Source: Geosiphon pyriformis uo1
Lineage: Eukaryota; Fungi; Glomeromycota
Reading direction: 5' to 3'
DNA length: 64,000 bases
Assembly: GCA_016748015.1 (NCBI GenBank)
Contig: JAAOMT010000638.1
Span: 1 to 64,000 of the forward strand
The notes beneath the pieces were generated by a model that ran no database searches, was not told where the DNA came from, and saw only the letters and a program-made list of their open reading frames with translations. This document shows positions 1-13,251 of this stretch, piece after piece (positions within the stretch are counted from its first letter, which is position 1; each line of letters opens with the position of its first letter). Both the position numbers and the translations under genes were made by a program.

Positions 1-72
1 ATGTTTCATAATTGAAAAAATCAATAAATATAGCCTCAATTGCAAAAGGAAAAAACAAAGATTTGAACTTAC

Positions 73-1870
73 ATTGGAAGTTTGAAAGTGTATGAATGAA
101 GTTACTATAGCCAGGAAGATGATAAAACCCCCAAAGTATATGAATTCTGCCTTATGGTTTTTCCATAACGAAGCTAAAAAATAAAATAAAATTAACTCAA
201 TTAAAAGTCAAATAATCACTTATTATGAAAAGTAATTTAATTGGGATGAAAAGAATTTTTTTTCATTGAAATTTCGAATGCTACATCTCAAAGAAAACGT
301 ACTTATTCCTGATTCCACCGTCAAATCTACAGTGATCATTGCCCATGTTTTGGGCTCATTTCCTGACTGTGCGAATACAAAAGCGGAATTATTTGGAAGT
401 AATCCAGCTGCCAAATTTTCTTCATGTAATATAGGCCCATTATAATTCCAGGTGTTGGTAAAAATTCCATTTTTTGAATAAATCTGTCCGATTATGTTTT
501 TAGTTCCCTTTGCAAATCCAGCAAAAAATATTGAGCCAGAGGATAGGGTCTTTACTAATTTCACATCTATATCATTCCTGAAATTCACCGGTCCAGCATC
601 ATGTACTTCGCCGTTAGACTTGAACGAGGTTTGGATATAGGAAGATAGGGTCGAATTTGACTCAATGATAACAGATAGAATGCATTTAAATCCGCTGTTG
701 TCGCTCAATATTTCACAACTCTTTGGATGCATGTCGTACACCGGTGTTTTCAAATCATACACGGAAATACCACTATTTGATACATTGTAAGCAGTAGAGT
801 TGAGGAAGTATGCTTTTGACTGCCACTGTGATAATAATTGATTTTCTGTTGAATTAGCCGCATTATCGATTGTAGGATTTGTGCCAGTTACCAAGAATCC
901 GTATCTTGAATATTTATGAAAATTAAAGAACTTGGATAAGAAAATCGCTTCACAAAATTCTGGAAAGATATTTATATATACTAACCCTCCATCAGGAGTG
1001 GGAAAAATTTCAAAATCAGTATGATCCAATGATACAGATATGTTAGAGGTCGAGATCTGTTGAAAACTGTTGTTCCTGTAATAATAATTGAGTTTTTTTT
1101 AGAAAGGTTTGAAAAATTTAATGTAAAATTTGTCAAAACAAATGAAGACCTACGATAAACTAAATTGTACCCAGCTAAGTAAGTTCGAATTGTCATAATA
1201 ATTTGCGAAAATAAAGTCATCCCCTGATATCATATTTGCCACAGCGGCTCCCTTTTTAATTTTTCCAGTATCATTAGTTGTTAAATTACCAAATTGTATT
1301 TCACTGTGAAAGTTCAAAAAATCTTGATCATTAAGCGTAACTGAAATTTAATTAAAAGCAATAAAATAAAATAAATTACTTTATAATTTTTTCATTCCAG
1401 TCTACGACTAGCCCACTCCGCTGATAAACATTCTTTAATTGACCATTTAATTCAGTTTCTTGAAACTTTGTGAAAAAGGTCAAAAAAATGAACCCTTTGC
1501 TCAGTGGATATATCTCGATTAAATCTTTGCAGAAATTGATACTCGTTATTGATGGGTATTTGAAGTCAATTTTTTGCACTGTTGAATTCAAGTGAACCAA
1601 ACGCAATCGAATTTTATCGTCAACGCATCTATCTGTCGTGCTATGATTGGTGGTCGTAAAGTTTTCTGCAGGAGGAGAAGTGAATTTTACTAAACGTAAT
1701 AATACGTCACCACTCATGTATGACTTTGCACTCCATAAAGTTAAGTCTTTTTCTTCTTCAGTATATAGAATATTAGTTTGTGGGACTGCGTTGCTTATAT
1801 TTGGGAAAATTATTGACAATAATATTAAAAGAATATATGTTATCGATTTAGAAGATAGTGATTTTCTCAT
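73..1870 (-). CDS. Signal-peptide-bearing membrane protein with large N-terminal ectodomain (Glomeromycotina-type hypothetical protein); 3' end lies beyond the window start
   Basis: Exons 1870-1380, 1303-1154, 1075-303 and 173-73 join in frame through GT..AG introns, linking ORFs 1376..1870 and 223..1029. The N-terminus is hydrophobic (ITYILLILLSIIFPNISNA) and there are many NxS/T sequons. Exon 4 encodes a TM-like stretch (EFIYFGGFIIFLAIVTSFI) followed by a GTAAGT donor whose intron runs off the window. Confidence 0.8.
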
Positions 1871-2962
1871 TTTTCTCTTAAAAGTATAGAAACGTTTTCA
1901 AGAATTTATTCTACAAATGATATATATATAATTTTTTATCAAGGTAAGAAGACTGGATCATAGATTGTCAAACAAAGCAAAGACTAATGCATCAAAGGTT
2001 TTTTTTTGTAACTGTTTGTATATTTAGCAAAAGGGTACCCAATTGTCAACAATAAAATATTTCTGGCTTTCAATGAAAAATTTATGGAAACAAATCGCAA
2101 ATATTTTTAAAATTGAATGGTTGGTCTTTTACAGATAGAGAATGAAAAGACCCAAATGTTGTAAAGGCCGAAAGTTGTTTGGAGGACCGTCATTTTTTGA
2201 TTTGGTTTTTATACTTTGCGTACACAAAACCAAATGAAAAATTTCCGAAAGTATGAAACTATAACTAGGTGAACCGATTCTCCTTAATAGATAAATCATT
2301 TCTAAAGTGAAAAAATGGATAAGCGTTTGTGTATTCATAGTTAAACTTGATATAATATTTTTAACACCTCTAATTTTAGTAACAAAAACTATAAATTGAT
2401 TTCCCGTTTCTGACAAATATTTCGCATGGTGCTACAGACCAATCTGTGTCCTACGATTTGGGGGATCAAATTCGCCAAGAGCTGAGTTCTTTATATCCTT
2501 TTAAATAATTAAAAAATTTGGATTGTTAAAATATTATTTGTGAAAGACTTTTACAGAAAGTTGCAAATATGATCAATCTTTAAAATAATTTCAATTTATT
2601 ATTTTGTATTATAAAGTACAAGAGAATTTGAATGTATTATTTAATGGTTACAAACAACTAACTGTTTAAACCTGGATAATTTTTATTATTATAGATAAAG
2701 ATTAATGGTGATGAATATAAGTTCAATTGATTTTTGTGTAGCCTAAACAAACATACCAGTAGCTCTCAAGTAAAACAGTCATAATTTTGATAGTTGCTTG
2801 ACCATTATCTGTCAAAAAAAGAGAAAATCTATACACCCTATTGTGATTTAATAAATTATATATTTGATTTGGATGTTAATATACATTTTATTTGTAACTG
2901 AAGGAATTTCTTAATGCGAAAACAGAAATAAAATTTAAAGAAATTTTTTATGAAACCAAAAT

Positions 2963-4481
2963 TCATTCGTCTTTTAACAAATTTGGATTCATTTTAGCGC
3001 AGTTTCCATAAATAACACCAAGATAAGGTCCCATATTAGGGTCGATTTTACTTTGAATTTCAGAGTCAATAGTTCCAAGATTACATTCCTAAAAAGAAAA
3101 TGTAAAATAATAATAGTTAAAACTAGAATCCATGATCATAGGGGAATGAGATTTAAATTTTTTTATAATTTAATAAAATCTTTCGTCATAAGAAATAAAT
3201 TGATGTGGGATAAAGTTAAAATAGAATTGACAATTAATTTTTTTAAAACTTAAAGAAGAAAAAAGTTTTTTACCGGATTTTCATCAATTTTACTATCTTT
3301 TCCTATGAGACAAATATGTAACCATTCCAAATTTGAAGAATATTCTGGGCAATCACAATCAGATTTTCCTAACCAATATTCTGGTTCATGGTGGAGGAAT
3401 AAACCTTTCGGCATAGCAGCTCTTGTTATCCAATCATTCGAATGAGTCACCCGAAAAACATTTTTTTTCATATATATTTTGTTAACTAATTTTGCAAATT
3501 GAACATTTCCGATTCGAGGTGTACCAAATGTCACAATGGCTAATGAAAAAATATTTGAAGGAGGAATTTCTGGAATTTTTTGATGGATTATGATGTAGTA
3601 TATATGCAATGCCACTAAAACTGCATAGGCTGGGGGAATAAAAAAATATTGCTTTAGTTAAATATTATTAAAATTAATAGTTTAAATTTTAAAGAAAGAA
3701 ATTTTACCTCCTCCAATACCGTGTCCAACAAAAACAATTGAAAAACGTTCATCTTTAAATTTCTTTATAACTCTTTTTAACTTATTCATGAAGAACGGTA
3801 TCATTTTTTGAACGTGTTGAAGCCAAATCGAATCAACCAACGTATTTTCAAGTGTAAGTTTATCCCAATCTAATGAAGCCAGAGAAACTGCTCTATTTTG
3901 CCATTGATTTTTGCTAAGTATCGGTCCTCGAAAATAAGCAATTATTTCTCGGTCATCAAATAAGCTTCCCCTAAGATCCGCTTTATAAAAGGAATTTTGA
4001 TGTTTAAAATAAAATATTATTTATATTTGCTTGTTTCAAAAATTTTAAATGCAAATAAAAATTACCATAAACATTTTTTTCTTCAACTACCCTTCCAATT
4101 TCATTGTGTGAAATACAATAAGGTATATTTGCATATATAGCCATTTTCCTTATAAATAACATTTGCTTATGATTTCTCACCAGTTGCTTTTTCGTATCTT
4201 GAATTAATATTGGTTTTGAAAATAATTTTTCACCCCGTGTTCTTTTAAAAAAGTTTGATTGTTTGAATTTTCGACTCTTTACTTGTAATGGGTGGAACAA
4301 TGAAAAGGTGAAGTAAAATATTTATTCAAAATTTGTCTATAAACTTCAACTGATGACAAAAATTCAATTTAAACATTTCTAAACCTGATATAATCCCCCA
4401 TTTTAAGTTTAAAGAGACTTGATAAATGCAAATCGTTATAAAAATAAATAGAAAAACAATAAAATTTTTAATATTCCTCAT
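2963..4481 (-). CDS. Secreted class-3 lipase (Lipase_3, alpha/beta hydrolase) homolog, predicted catalytically inactive, about 355 aa
   Basis: Exons 4481-4385, 4281-4066 (acceptor least certain), 3980-3708, 3629-3274 and 3088-2963 are in frame. Hydrophobic N-terminus MRNIKNFIVFLFIFITICIY. Family motifs in order: YANIPYC, IIAYFRGP, IVFVGHGIGGAYA, IVTFGTPRIGN, FRVTHSNDWI, HHEPEYW, and C-terminal NMGPYLG...C. Confidence 0.88.
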
Positions 4482-7299
4482 TTCGTTGCTAAAAATTATG
4501 GATTATATTTTCATTTATAGGGGTATTTTTATTTTTTTTTACCTCCCTTAACTCCTCAAAGGTTCGAAATAAATTTCATTCTCAAAGTGTAAAACATTGC
4601 AAAAAGCACCTATCTAATTGATAAACGATAGGAAAAAGTAAAGATCAAATCTTAAAACAAAATAAAACATTGTTGGAATACGATTGACCTTTTCGTCGAT
4701 ATGAAACCCTAGTACATAATACTGCTAGATAGTTATAACCTAAGGAAAAATAACGTTTCGACCAATTAATTGTAACTAATTTTATTCCAAAATCTTTGAA
4801 GTTTTATTCTAGTGAGTTTTTTTATTATTTGCTTTGAGCTCTGAAATATCTGTAATTTCTATTTGCAATTCGCATCACTTCTCGACTAAAATATTTATCA
4901 CGAAACTGTTTGCATGATGAATTGTGCAAAATAATTTCTTGGAGTCAATCTAGAAATATATTAAAGCTTTTGAATATACACTTTTTCAATCTGAAATTTT
5001 TTCAGGGAAATTACTAGTTCTTAAATAATTTTTATTAGCTTGTTGAGTATAATTCTTTTTTAAGCTTTAAAAGACTTTGAATAGAGAAAAAAAGCTAATA
5101 AAAAATAAATTATTGCTCATTCTCACCAAAAAGCATATTTTATTACAAGAAACCTCAGTTTCTCCAGCAAAAATGTGGTAAAATCTTTGTTAATTGTTAC
5201 AGAAAACTATCGGAAACCTATTGAAGCAGCCCAAAGGTTGGCCTCCTCTTCTTGACATTTCATTCCCAGAGCGTAATCGTCATAAAAAACTGGTCAATTG
5301 GCTATAAAAAAAAATCCCTATGTTTATGAGGAATTAATCTTTTATTTTATCATTAATTTATTAATAGATTAGCTATTATTCTCATATTTCCTGTTTTGTT
5401 AATAGAAATATTCACTACCACTAATCAACAAAGTTTCTTCATAAAGGGCAAGTTCAAATTAAAATTGTATTTTTTAGATTTTAATAATTCTGGATAGTGG
5501 TATATTTTTTAAATTCTCCATTGGTTTTTAAATTTTTACAATTTTTACGTTATATTTTTTGTATTTAACTATAGGATAATGAAAATTTTCACAAATAATT
5601 TTCTATTTTTTATTCAATTTGTAACTATCACCTTCATTTAATTACATGTTCATGTATTAACCTTTCAGTTGAAACGCACCCCCCACTGAGATCTTAAAAA
5701 TGGAAATATTTGTCAAGATGAACTATTTACAAATAAGTTATTTATAACTATAAGCCAAGATTCTTCAAATTCTTTTAAAAGATTTCTGATTTTATTTCTT
5801 TTGAAAATCTTTAAAAAATTTAAATTTTAAAAGGCTTATTGGTTGGTTTCGTTCAGCATACTTATTTATTGTGTACTAAAAGTTTACTTTAAGAGAAGTT
5901 TCATTGAATGTTTAGTGGTTTTTTAATTTTTAAGCTTCACGGCAACCAATAACCAAATAATGAGCACATATAAAAAATAAGTAACTCGAAGATTACATTA
6001 ATCAAAATTTGGATAAAAATGAGTAATCAAATTTTTCACAGCCAAATTAAAAATAAAATTTTAATTTTAATTTTATCTCAGTCTTTAATTAAGAATACCC
6101 TTTAGTGAAAACCTGCCTAAATTAATAGTTTAAAGGAACTTTGACTTGAAATACCAAAAATTTTAGTATTAAACTTAAAATGCTGAGAAGATTTAGATTA
6201 TAATATAATTTATATTTTTTATTGTATAATCTTTTTTATTATTTAAAATTTTTTTATTAGTTGGTAGAATAAAATTTTATATTAAATAAAAGAGCTTTTT
6301 TTTGAAATAATATCTTTTATTTAATGCTAAAAATGCTATTAGTTTCTTATTGTCTAAATAAATTTCTAAACTTGATTCAAAAATTGTAAGTTAAATATAA
6401 CCCTTTACAATCATTATAGTCTTTGAAAAGAAAATTATCTTGGAATAAAATTCCTCCAGTTACTCCGAAGATCATGACAAAGCAACGTTTTGATGTCGTC
6501 TGAGATTTTTCGCAAAAGATTTTCATGCTAAACCTACAAACTTATTCTCTAGATTTCAGAATCTTCATCTAAATGACCTACTTTTTATAAAAAAGCAAGT
6601 ATAGTACAACAAGATTAAGAGATCTTGAATAATTGGAATATATAATATCGCATCAGATCTTAAGGTGGCTTATTGTTTAGTATTTTAATGAATGTGATCT
6701 CAAAGTTTAAGAAAAGATAAAACTTTTAATTTAATACTTATTTAAATGTTAATTTCACAATAAAATGAAAAATAGCAAAATATTTAGGCAATTATTTCTT
6801 GGATTTGAAATTAAAACTCTCGATAAATAAATCAATTTATTTCAACTCTAAAGAGGAAATAGGTTGATAAACTTAAAATATTGGCATAAGAAAAATATTG
6901 TACACTAAAAAATTAGATAGATAATTAAATTTTTTATATATTAACTAGCCATCTAATTTTTGTAGTAAATGAATATTGAATATCAGCTCCCATAATTTAA
7001 ATTTTAAATTTTTTTTTGGGAATTTAACGCGTCATATTTGGGAAATTGTAAAATTTTAAAATTGAAAGCTTATTATTTTCATTTCGTCACATATAATGGG
7101 TCTTGCTAAGAAACTTACTCGTATGCAACAAAATTTGGTCATAATAATACTGAGATTGCAAAAACTGTAGTGTGTCATCGTACAAATTTTATGTGAGTTT
7201 TACAGCTCATGAACTAGAAGATCTTCTGGAACGTGAATATGCCCACCACCTATTTTTGACATCCGAAATTAAAGATTGGGCAAACTTTTCTTTTTAATT

Positions 7300-7580
7300 G
7301 AGTCCCCATTATTCCACTTATAGGCTTAATTACTGAAAAATTATATCAAAATTTACTTGTCACTCATGCAATTCCTAATCTCAAAACATTTATCCACTAG
7401 ACTAAGCAAAATTTTATTTTCCAAGAGGACAATGTACCTGTTTACAAAGCAATAATTGCAATAAATTTCTTACTTTCTCAAAATGTTGAAGTAGCACTTC
7501 CAGGATGCCTCAAGTATTCATGAACTTGAGAAGGAATGGAATCACGATTTGGGCCGATCAATGTCCAAATCGAATTCAAC
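7300..7580 (+). mobile_element. Degenerate Tc1/mariner (DDE_3) transposase fragment
   Basis: Translation IPLIGLITEKLYQNLLVTHAIPNLKTFIH*TKQNFIFQEDNVPVYKA matches the Tc1 'FQ(Q/E)DNAPxH' second-aspartate motif. It contains an in-frame stop and no TIRs were seen. Confidence 0.7.
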
Positions 7581-7779
7581 CAACCAGTAAACGCTGCTGC
7601 TTTACTAAATATTAAATGCCTTCTTATATATCAATAAATTTTTTATTGTACCAATTTAAAAAATCTAACATATATAATTAAGATAAATATAAAAACTTTA
7701 AAATATGTTTCTTTATTAAAGGAAACATTATGTATTTCTTTTTCTATGAGTCAATAACTTTAATGCTTTCAAACAAGTT

Positions 7780-8303
7780 TTATACCAAACATCCATTAAA
7801 AGCAGAGTTAAAATTGTCAAAAATTCCAGTAAAAATTACTGAATTTTTCACACAAGTATTTCCATCTAATGTTTTGGTAGTAACTGCTAAATAATAACTC
7901 CCACTAAGAGATTGTGGTCCTAGATTCAGAACGAAAAATGGGGTTGAGTTTTGTTGAGCCGTATCTATATCGCCGTTCCATTGTCTTTGAACGAAATTAC
8001 CACCGCTATCTAACAAATCAATTTTAGTGACCTTTGAGACCGAGCTGGGGCCTCGTTCAAAAGATACTTGGTAGCATTGACCTTTTAGGAAAGATTTACA
8101 TTTTTAAATATTTGAAAATTAATTAATTAATTAATTAATAAAATTGGTTTACCATTTGTGAATGTAGAACCTTCTGTCATTGGCGAAGTTAACCGAAATC
8201 CATTGCATGAAGGATTTTCTTGTCTTTTATCGAGAGGCATTGCAAAAATACTTTGGCTTAAAAATGCCAGTAGAATTACAAGAATAAATAGATTAGACTG
8301 CAT
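7780..8303 (-). CDS. Small secreted 4-cysteine protein (150 aa), candidate effector or cell-wall protein
   Basis: Exons 8303-8153 and 8081-7780 join in frame (453 nt). Signal peptide MQSNLFILVILLAFLSQSIFA, Kex2-type DKR|Q site, and a beta-rich mature region (FRLTSP...CYQVSF...IDLLD...GSYYLAVTT) with four Cys. Confidence 0.85.
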
Positions 8304-11300
8304 TTTCACACACTTATCAAAAGTATGTTGCATGCTGAAATTAAATCTTCAGGATGAAAGGAAAGATAATAGTTTTGACTCAAAAATATTCTTGAAAGTT
8401 AATTTACCAAAAAAAGTATGATTAATTTACCAGATTCTTTCCTTTTATATGAGTTCGGAATTATACCATCATTGTAAATTCTTTTAATTGAGAGATTAAA
8501 TTTAGTTATTTTGAAACATATATTATAACGATTAAATTAAAAAGTTTCAATGAAACAACGAAATTAATTGTATTATAAAATATTCAGGAACAATCTTTAG
8601 TTTTGAATCCACGTTGTTATACAGGATGTAAGTTAGCTGTTGATTTGTAAAACCATGCGAAAATTATTGAAAGTCAGGATTTCTTTTTCCGATTTTTTCA
8701 TGATTATGTTTGCCAATATGCGTGTATATCTTAGTAGTGAACCAGAAGAAAGAATTCAAGACAGACTGGAAAAAGTTCATAAATATTATCCCATATCTTG
8801 GAAATCCAATTATCATTTTCCCTTGGATATTTTTAACAGATTATTTTGATGACACAATTTATTTATTTGACCATCAAATTACTTTATTTAGCTCATTACG
8901 TTTTGAAAATCCTCCTTTTTCTTGAAAAATTTTTAAAAGATGAAAAGAAAAGTTATCGCCTCTTTTTCTTGAGAATTAAGTTTTAACGATTAAGCAATGG
9001 ATCTGATAAACAACTTTATTTTTTTATAAAGACTGATTGTTTGACTTCCTTCTTCGTCCCGAATGGGATTCCTTGTTTGCATGATTTACACATGGCCAAA
9101 ATAGTTTTTGCTTGGTTATTTTATATATATAAAATATATATTTCTTTATTTGGTGAGGATTGAATTTCTTTTGCCCCTGATTCTTGATACCGTTGATAAT
9201 AAAGACTAAAACACAGCCATGAATCTTGTAATTGACAACTCTCACACACTTTATCTTTCGCCAACAAGGAGATATAGCTAGAAGGGGAGAATATTTGAGC
9301 ACATTTAATTTTCTCTTTTAGTAGTTTACCTTGTTGTCATTGATATTAGGATTTGGAGTCAGTTGTAAAACCTTTCGCAATCATCATTTTTTTTGGCATT
9401 TTTTTTTTTGAAGACAAAAGTTTCAAAGATTATATTATTTTAGCTTTACTATTTAACTATCTAATATTATTGTATGCACAATCACTTTACAACTCTTGAA
9501 CATTGTGAAACATAATGCTAGTAAAATTACTCAAATTTTTTAAGGTGAATCGTAAACCAATTTAAAATACAAGATTTACTATCTTGAAAAAAGGATTCAA
9601 TAATTATAATCTTAGAATTCAAAAAAAGGTTTCAGGCTTCGCATGTACCCAAACAAATTCGATTGGACATTGGTAAAAATTGATCGATGAAAGCCTTAGA
9701 AACTATAGTTTTATATGTAGATACATATAAAATTAAAGGTATTCGGAATTGGAAATACTCAAATGAGGATCCATAAATTTTTTACTTTGAAACCAACCCT
9801 TCCTTTTAAATTTGACTTGAATTGGTATCTATAAAAAAGCATCTTTTGATGACGTTCAAACTGGATAAGGTTTTCTAATCATTCATCTTACATTTTACGC
9901 TTTCTTCCTTCTTCCTTTCTCATTCCTCATTTTTAATATATATAATCCCAATTTTTATCCAAAAAAAGTAAAACCGCTGATGATAACCCGGAAATTTTTT
10001 AATCAAGTGAACTATTTATATATTTTATCAGGATCTATGTAAACTCTATCAATCTAGTTGGAATTTGATAAGAACAACATTGCTCAAGTAGTTTTGGAAT
10101 GATTGAGGTTAATAATTTATTCTCTAATTTTATTTGCAATGGTTCTCCTGAACCAAGTCAATCTAAAGAGAAACCTGATAGGCAAAATTATGATTTTCTT
10201 GTTGAAACGAAAATATAATAATAGGTTTATCGGGCGCAAAATTAATCTCTATTTTGTTTGTTCAAATACCGTCGATAGACGAATAAAACTGACCAGCTTT
10301 CCCTGAAAGGTTTCAAGGTGTCTGAAAATTCTGAATGAAATAAGAAGTAGGTAAAACTTGAATGTGGGGTTGATACCATATTATTAAATTTAGAGTGTAA
10401 GATAGAAAGAGCCCAAACTAATTCTTAGAAATCTGGAAAAGTAGTATAATAATAAAAATAAAAAGTGAATCACGTGTACAATTTCGAAAGCTTTGGAAAT
10501 CTTGCTGGAACACAGACATATTTGTGCTCGAAAACCTGCCAAACTAAAATTTCTCATAAAGTAAATGACTTTAGGGAACTTTTGTCGAAATTATTTGAAC
10601 TTACAAAGATTCAAAGGCCAAAATTAAAGATGCAAGTATATTTAAAAATTCCCTTATTGAATTCGATTCATTCTTTTTAACCTATTTAAAAAGTCTAACC
10701 TAAAAGTTATAGTCAGGAAATAATTTGAAAAGGTTTGCTAAATTACTTTGAAGTTTTCGCTAAACATTCAAATCATCTTTAAAGGTTGCTATCTGTCATA
10801 CTATCATGAATAAGGAGCAATTTTTTTATCGAGATAGAATTTAACATGTTGAGAAATAGAATATGAGATTTTTTCCTATTAAATGTTCATCCTTTGTCGG
10901 ATTGATAAAATATGATATTTCATGAAACTTTTCAATTTTTCAATCGAGGAAGCATATAAGATAAAAAATCAACAATTTCTGATAACTTTGAAGCTTATTG
11001 GAAAGTAAAATATTATCTTGAAGCTACAGTACTTTGGAAAACTCCTCTTGTATGGTGCAAATTTTACATTCGAGTTGTTAACAAAAGATTGCTTTATTTG
11101 TAGCACGAATTTCTTGAAGAGAGTCAAATTTTCTAATCCATATGTTTGTTGTTTTTTAATTTAAATTTCAAAAATTGAATTTTAGAATAGTTAAACTTTG
11201 AAAATTAATGATTAAATTTTTAATAATACATTATTAGTTTAAAGAATTTAATTTTTTTAAAAAAATAATTAATTATATTCGGTATTTATTTTAATAATTT

Positions 11301-13185
11301 TTTGGCAACATTATTTTTTAGATATTTAATTGTGAAAAAAATATGATAAAAACAATTTTTTTGTTATTATCAGTTATAGAGCTTTTTTCCAAAAAAAAAC
11401 CAACCAAAAATTCACTAAAAAAATATCAGATTAAAAGTTGTTGATAAAAATTTTTATAAAAATCATATTTAAATGTAAAAGTTTTTATTTACCAAAAAAC
11501 ATTGAAAAAAATTAATTTGTTTAATACTAAACATATATTCAAGTTATAAAACCATAAGAGTTATTTGTCATTAGTATTACATGAATTTGAATAGCAAACA
11601 TTTTGTTTTATACATAAGTTTAAAATGTTATTACCATACATTATGACTGTAATGTAAAAGAGAAATAAAACTTTTTGAATTAAAATTCATATTTTTTATT
11701 TAACAATTTGTTATTATTAACAATTGGAAATAATGTGTAATACTATAATTGTTAATTGTAAATAATGTTGAATGATAAAAAATTGAAAGCTTATTGAATA
11801 AATAATTTGTTTCATGAGAGTGGATGAACCTTGGTCAGTAACAATGTGAAAGATTCTTGTGAACTCTAAATGAAAATAGCCTAATTATTCCATTCAAATT
11901 TAAAGATTCAAGTTTATTTCAGCAGAGTAATTATAATTGTTTCATTTTTATGGATCTCTAAGAGTTCCAAATGAAATTATTGGATCATTTTTTTTAATGC
12001 TAAAAGCTCATGTATTTCTCAAATGCATTTTTTATGGTTGAAAAATAATTGCATTATTATCATTCTTTAAAGCTGGGAACTTGTAATATAGTTTAAATTT
12101 CAAACTAAGCATAAAGATTTATATTCAGATGTGGGTAGTTCACCCTAAATAGCCATTTGTACAACAAATTATACTTATCATTGAAATTTCATCTGAAATT
12201 GACTAATCGACTTTACCTTAAAATATTAATAATTATTTATAAAGAGATCTAAAAAGAAGAGCTTTTTATTGTTAACAAAAAATATTTTGGATTCAGGTTT
12301 TTAAATACTTTTGAGTGAATATCTTTTGGAACAATATAAAAACTCTTACAAAATTATTAGAAACTAGGTTACGGGAAGAGACTATTGTCCAAACATTGAT
12401 TCTATCACAATAATAAATCAAGAAATTTTCATACATGAAAAAGTGGATTAATATTGTAGTCTTTAAGTTGGGTTTATTTAACTTAAATTGAAAGTTTGTC
12501 TATTGTTCAATCTTTAGATTTAAATTTTTACTTTTTGAATAAACACATTTTCAAACACGGATCTGTGATATTATAAAATTTATATCAAATCAAAGATTTT
12601 AATTCTAGCGGAAAGTTTGGTGAGTTTTATTAAACAATGCTGTTAATCAAAAGTGGAAAAAAATGGGATTTTTTTACTTTGAAACGATTTTAACATTGTT
12701 GTCACCCATCTTGTTGGGTTGAGTGGTACTACAGATATTTATCAAGAAAAGTTCTTTTTAACTGAATAGTTCAGAAGATTATTAAGTCCATAAGTGTCAA
12801 ACTGATTTTATAAAGAGAAAATAAAGTTTTCAAAGATTTGCTTAAAAAACAGGTTTTTTGGCTAGTAAATACTTTATGATGGATAATATTGTATTCTCTT
12901 TTGAGTTTTTTCGACGAAAAATTATTCCCTTTCTTTTTAAAAAAAAGAAACCCCCGGTGAATTTACCTTTTTAAGGAATCGATTTGGAAAATTTTTAAAT
13001 CTTAAACCTTATGATGCATGTTTGAGCAACATGTGTTATTTTTCAGATTGGATTAAGATAACGATCAGACCATTTGATGATCATAAAATCTGGATGAGGC
13101 AATTTTCTATTATGTAGCCCTTTGGGTTGCTTTGTAGTAAAGATGCTATTAGCCTTTCTTAATAACTGTTTTGCTTTTGTATAAT

Positions 13186-13251
13186 GGTGATGATGATAAT
13201 GATGATAATGATGATTATGATTATGATTATAATTATGCTGATGCTGATGAT
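13186..13251 (+). repeat. Imperfect (GAT/GATAAT/GATTAT) microsatellite
   Basis: ggtgatgatgataatgatgataatgatgattatgattatgattataattatgctgatgctgatgat. Confidence 0.8.
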
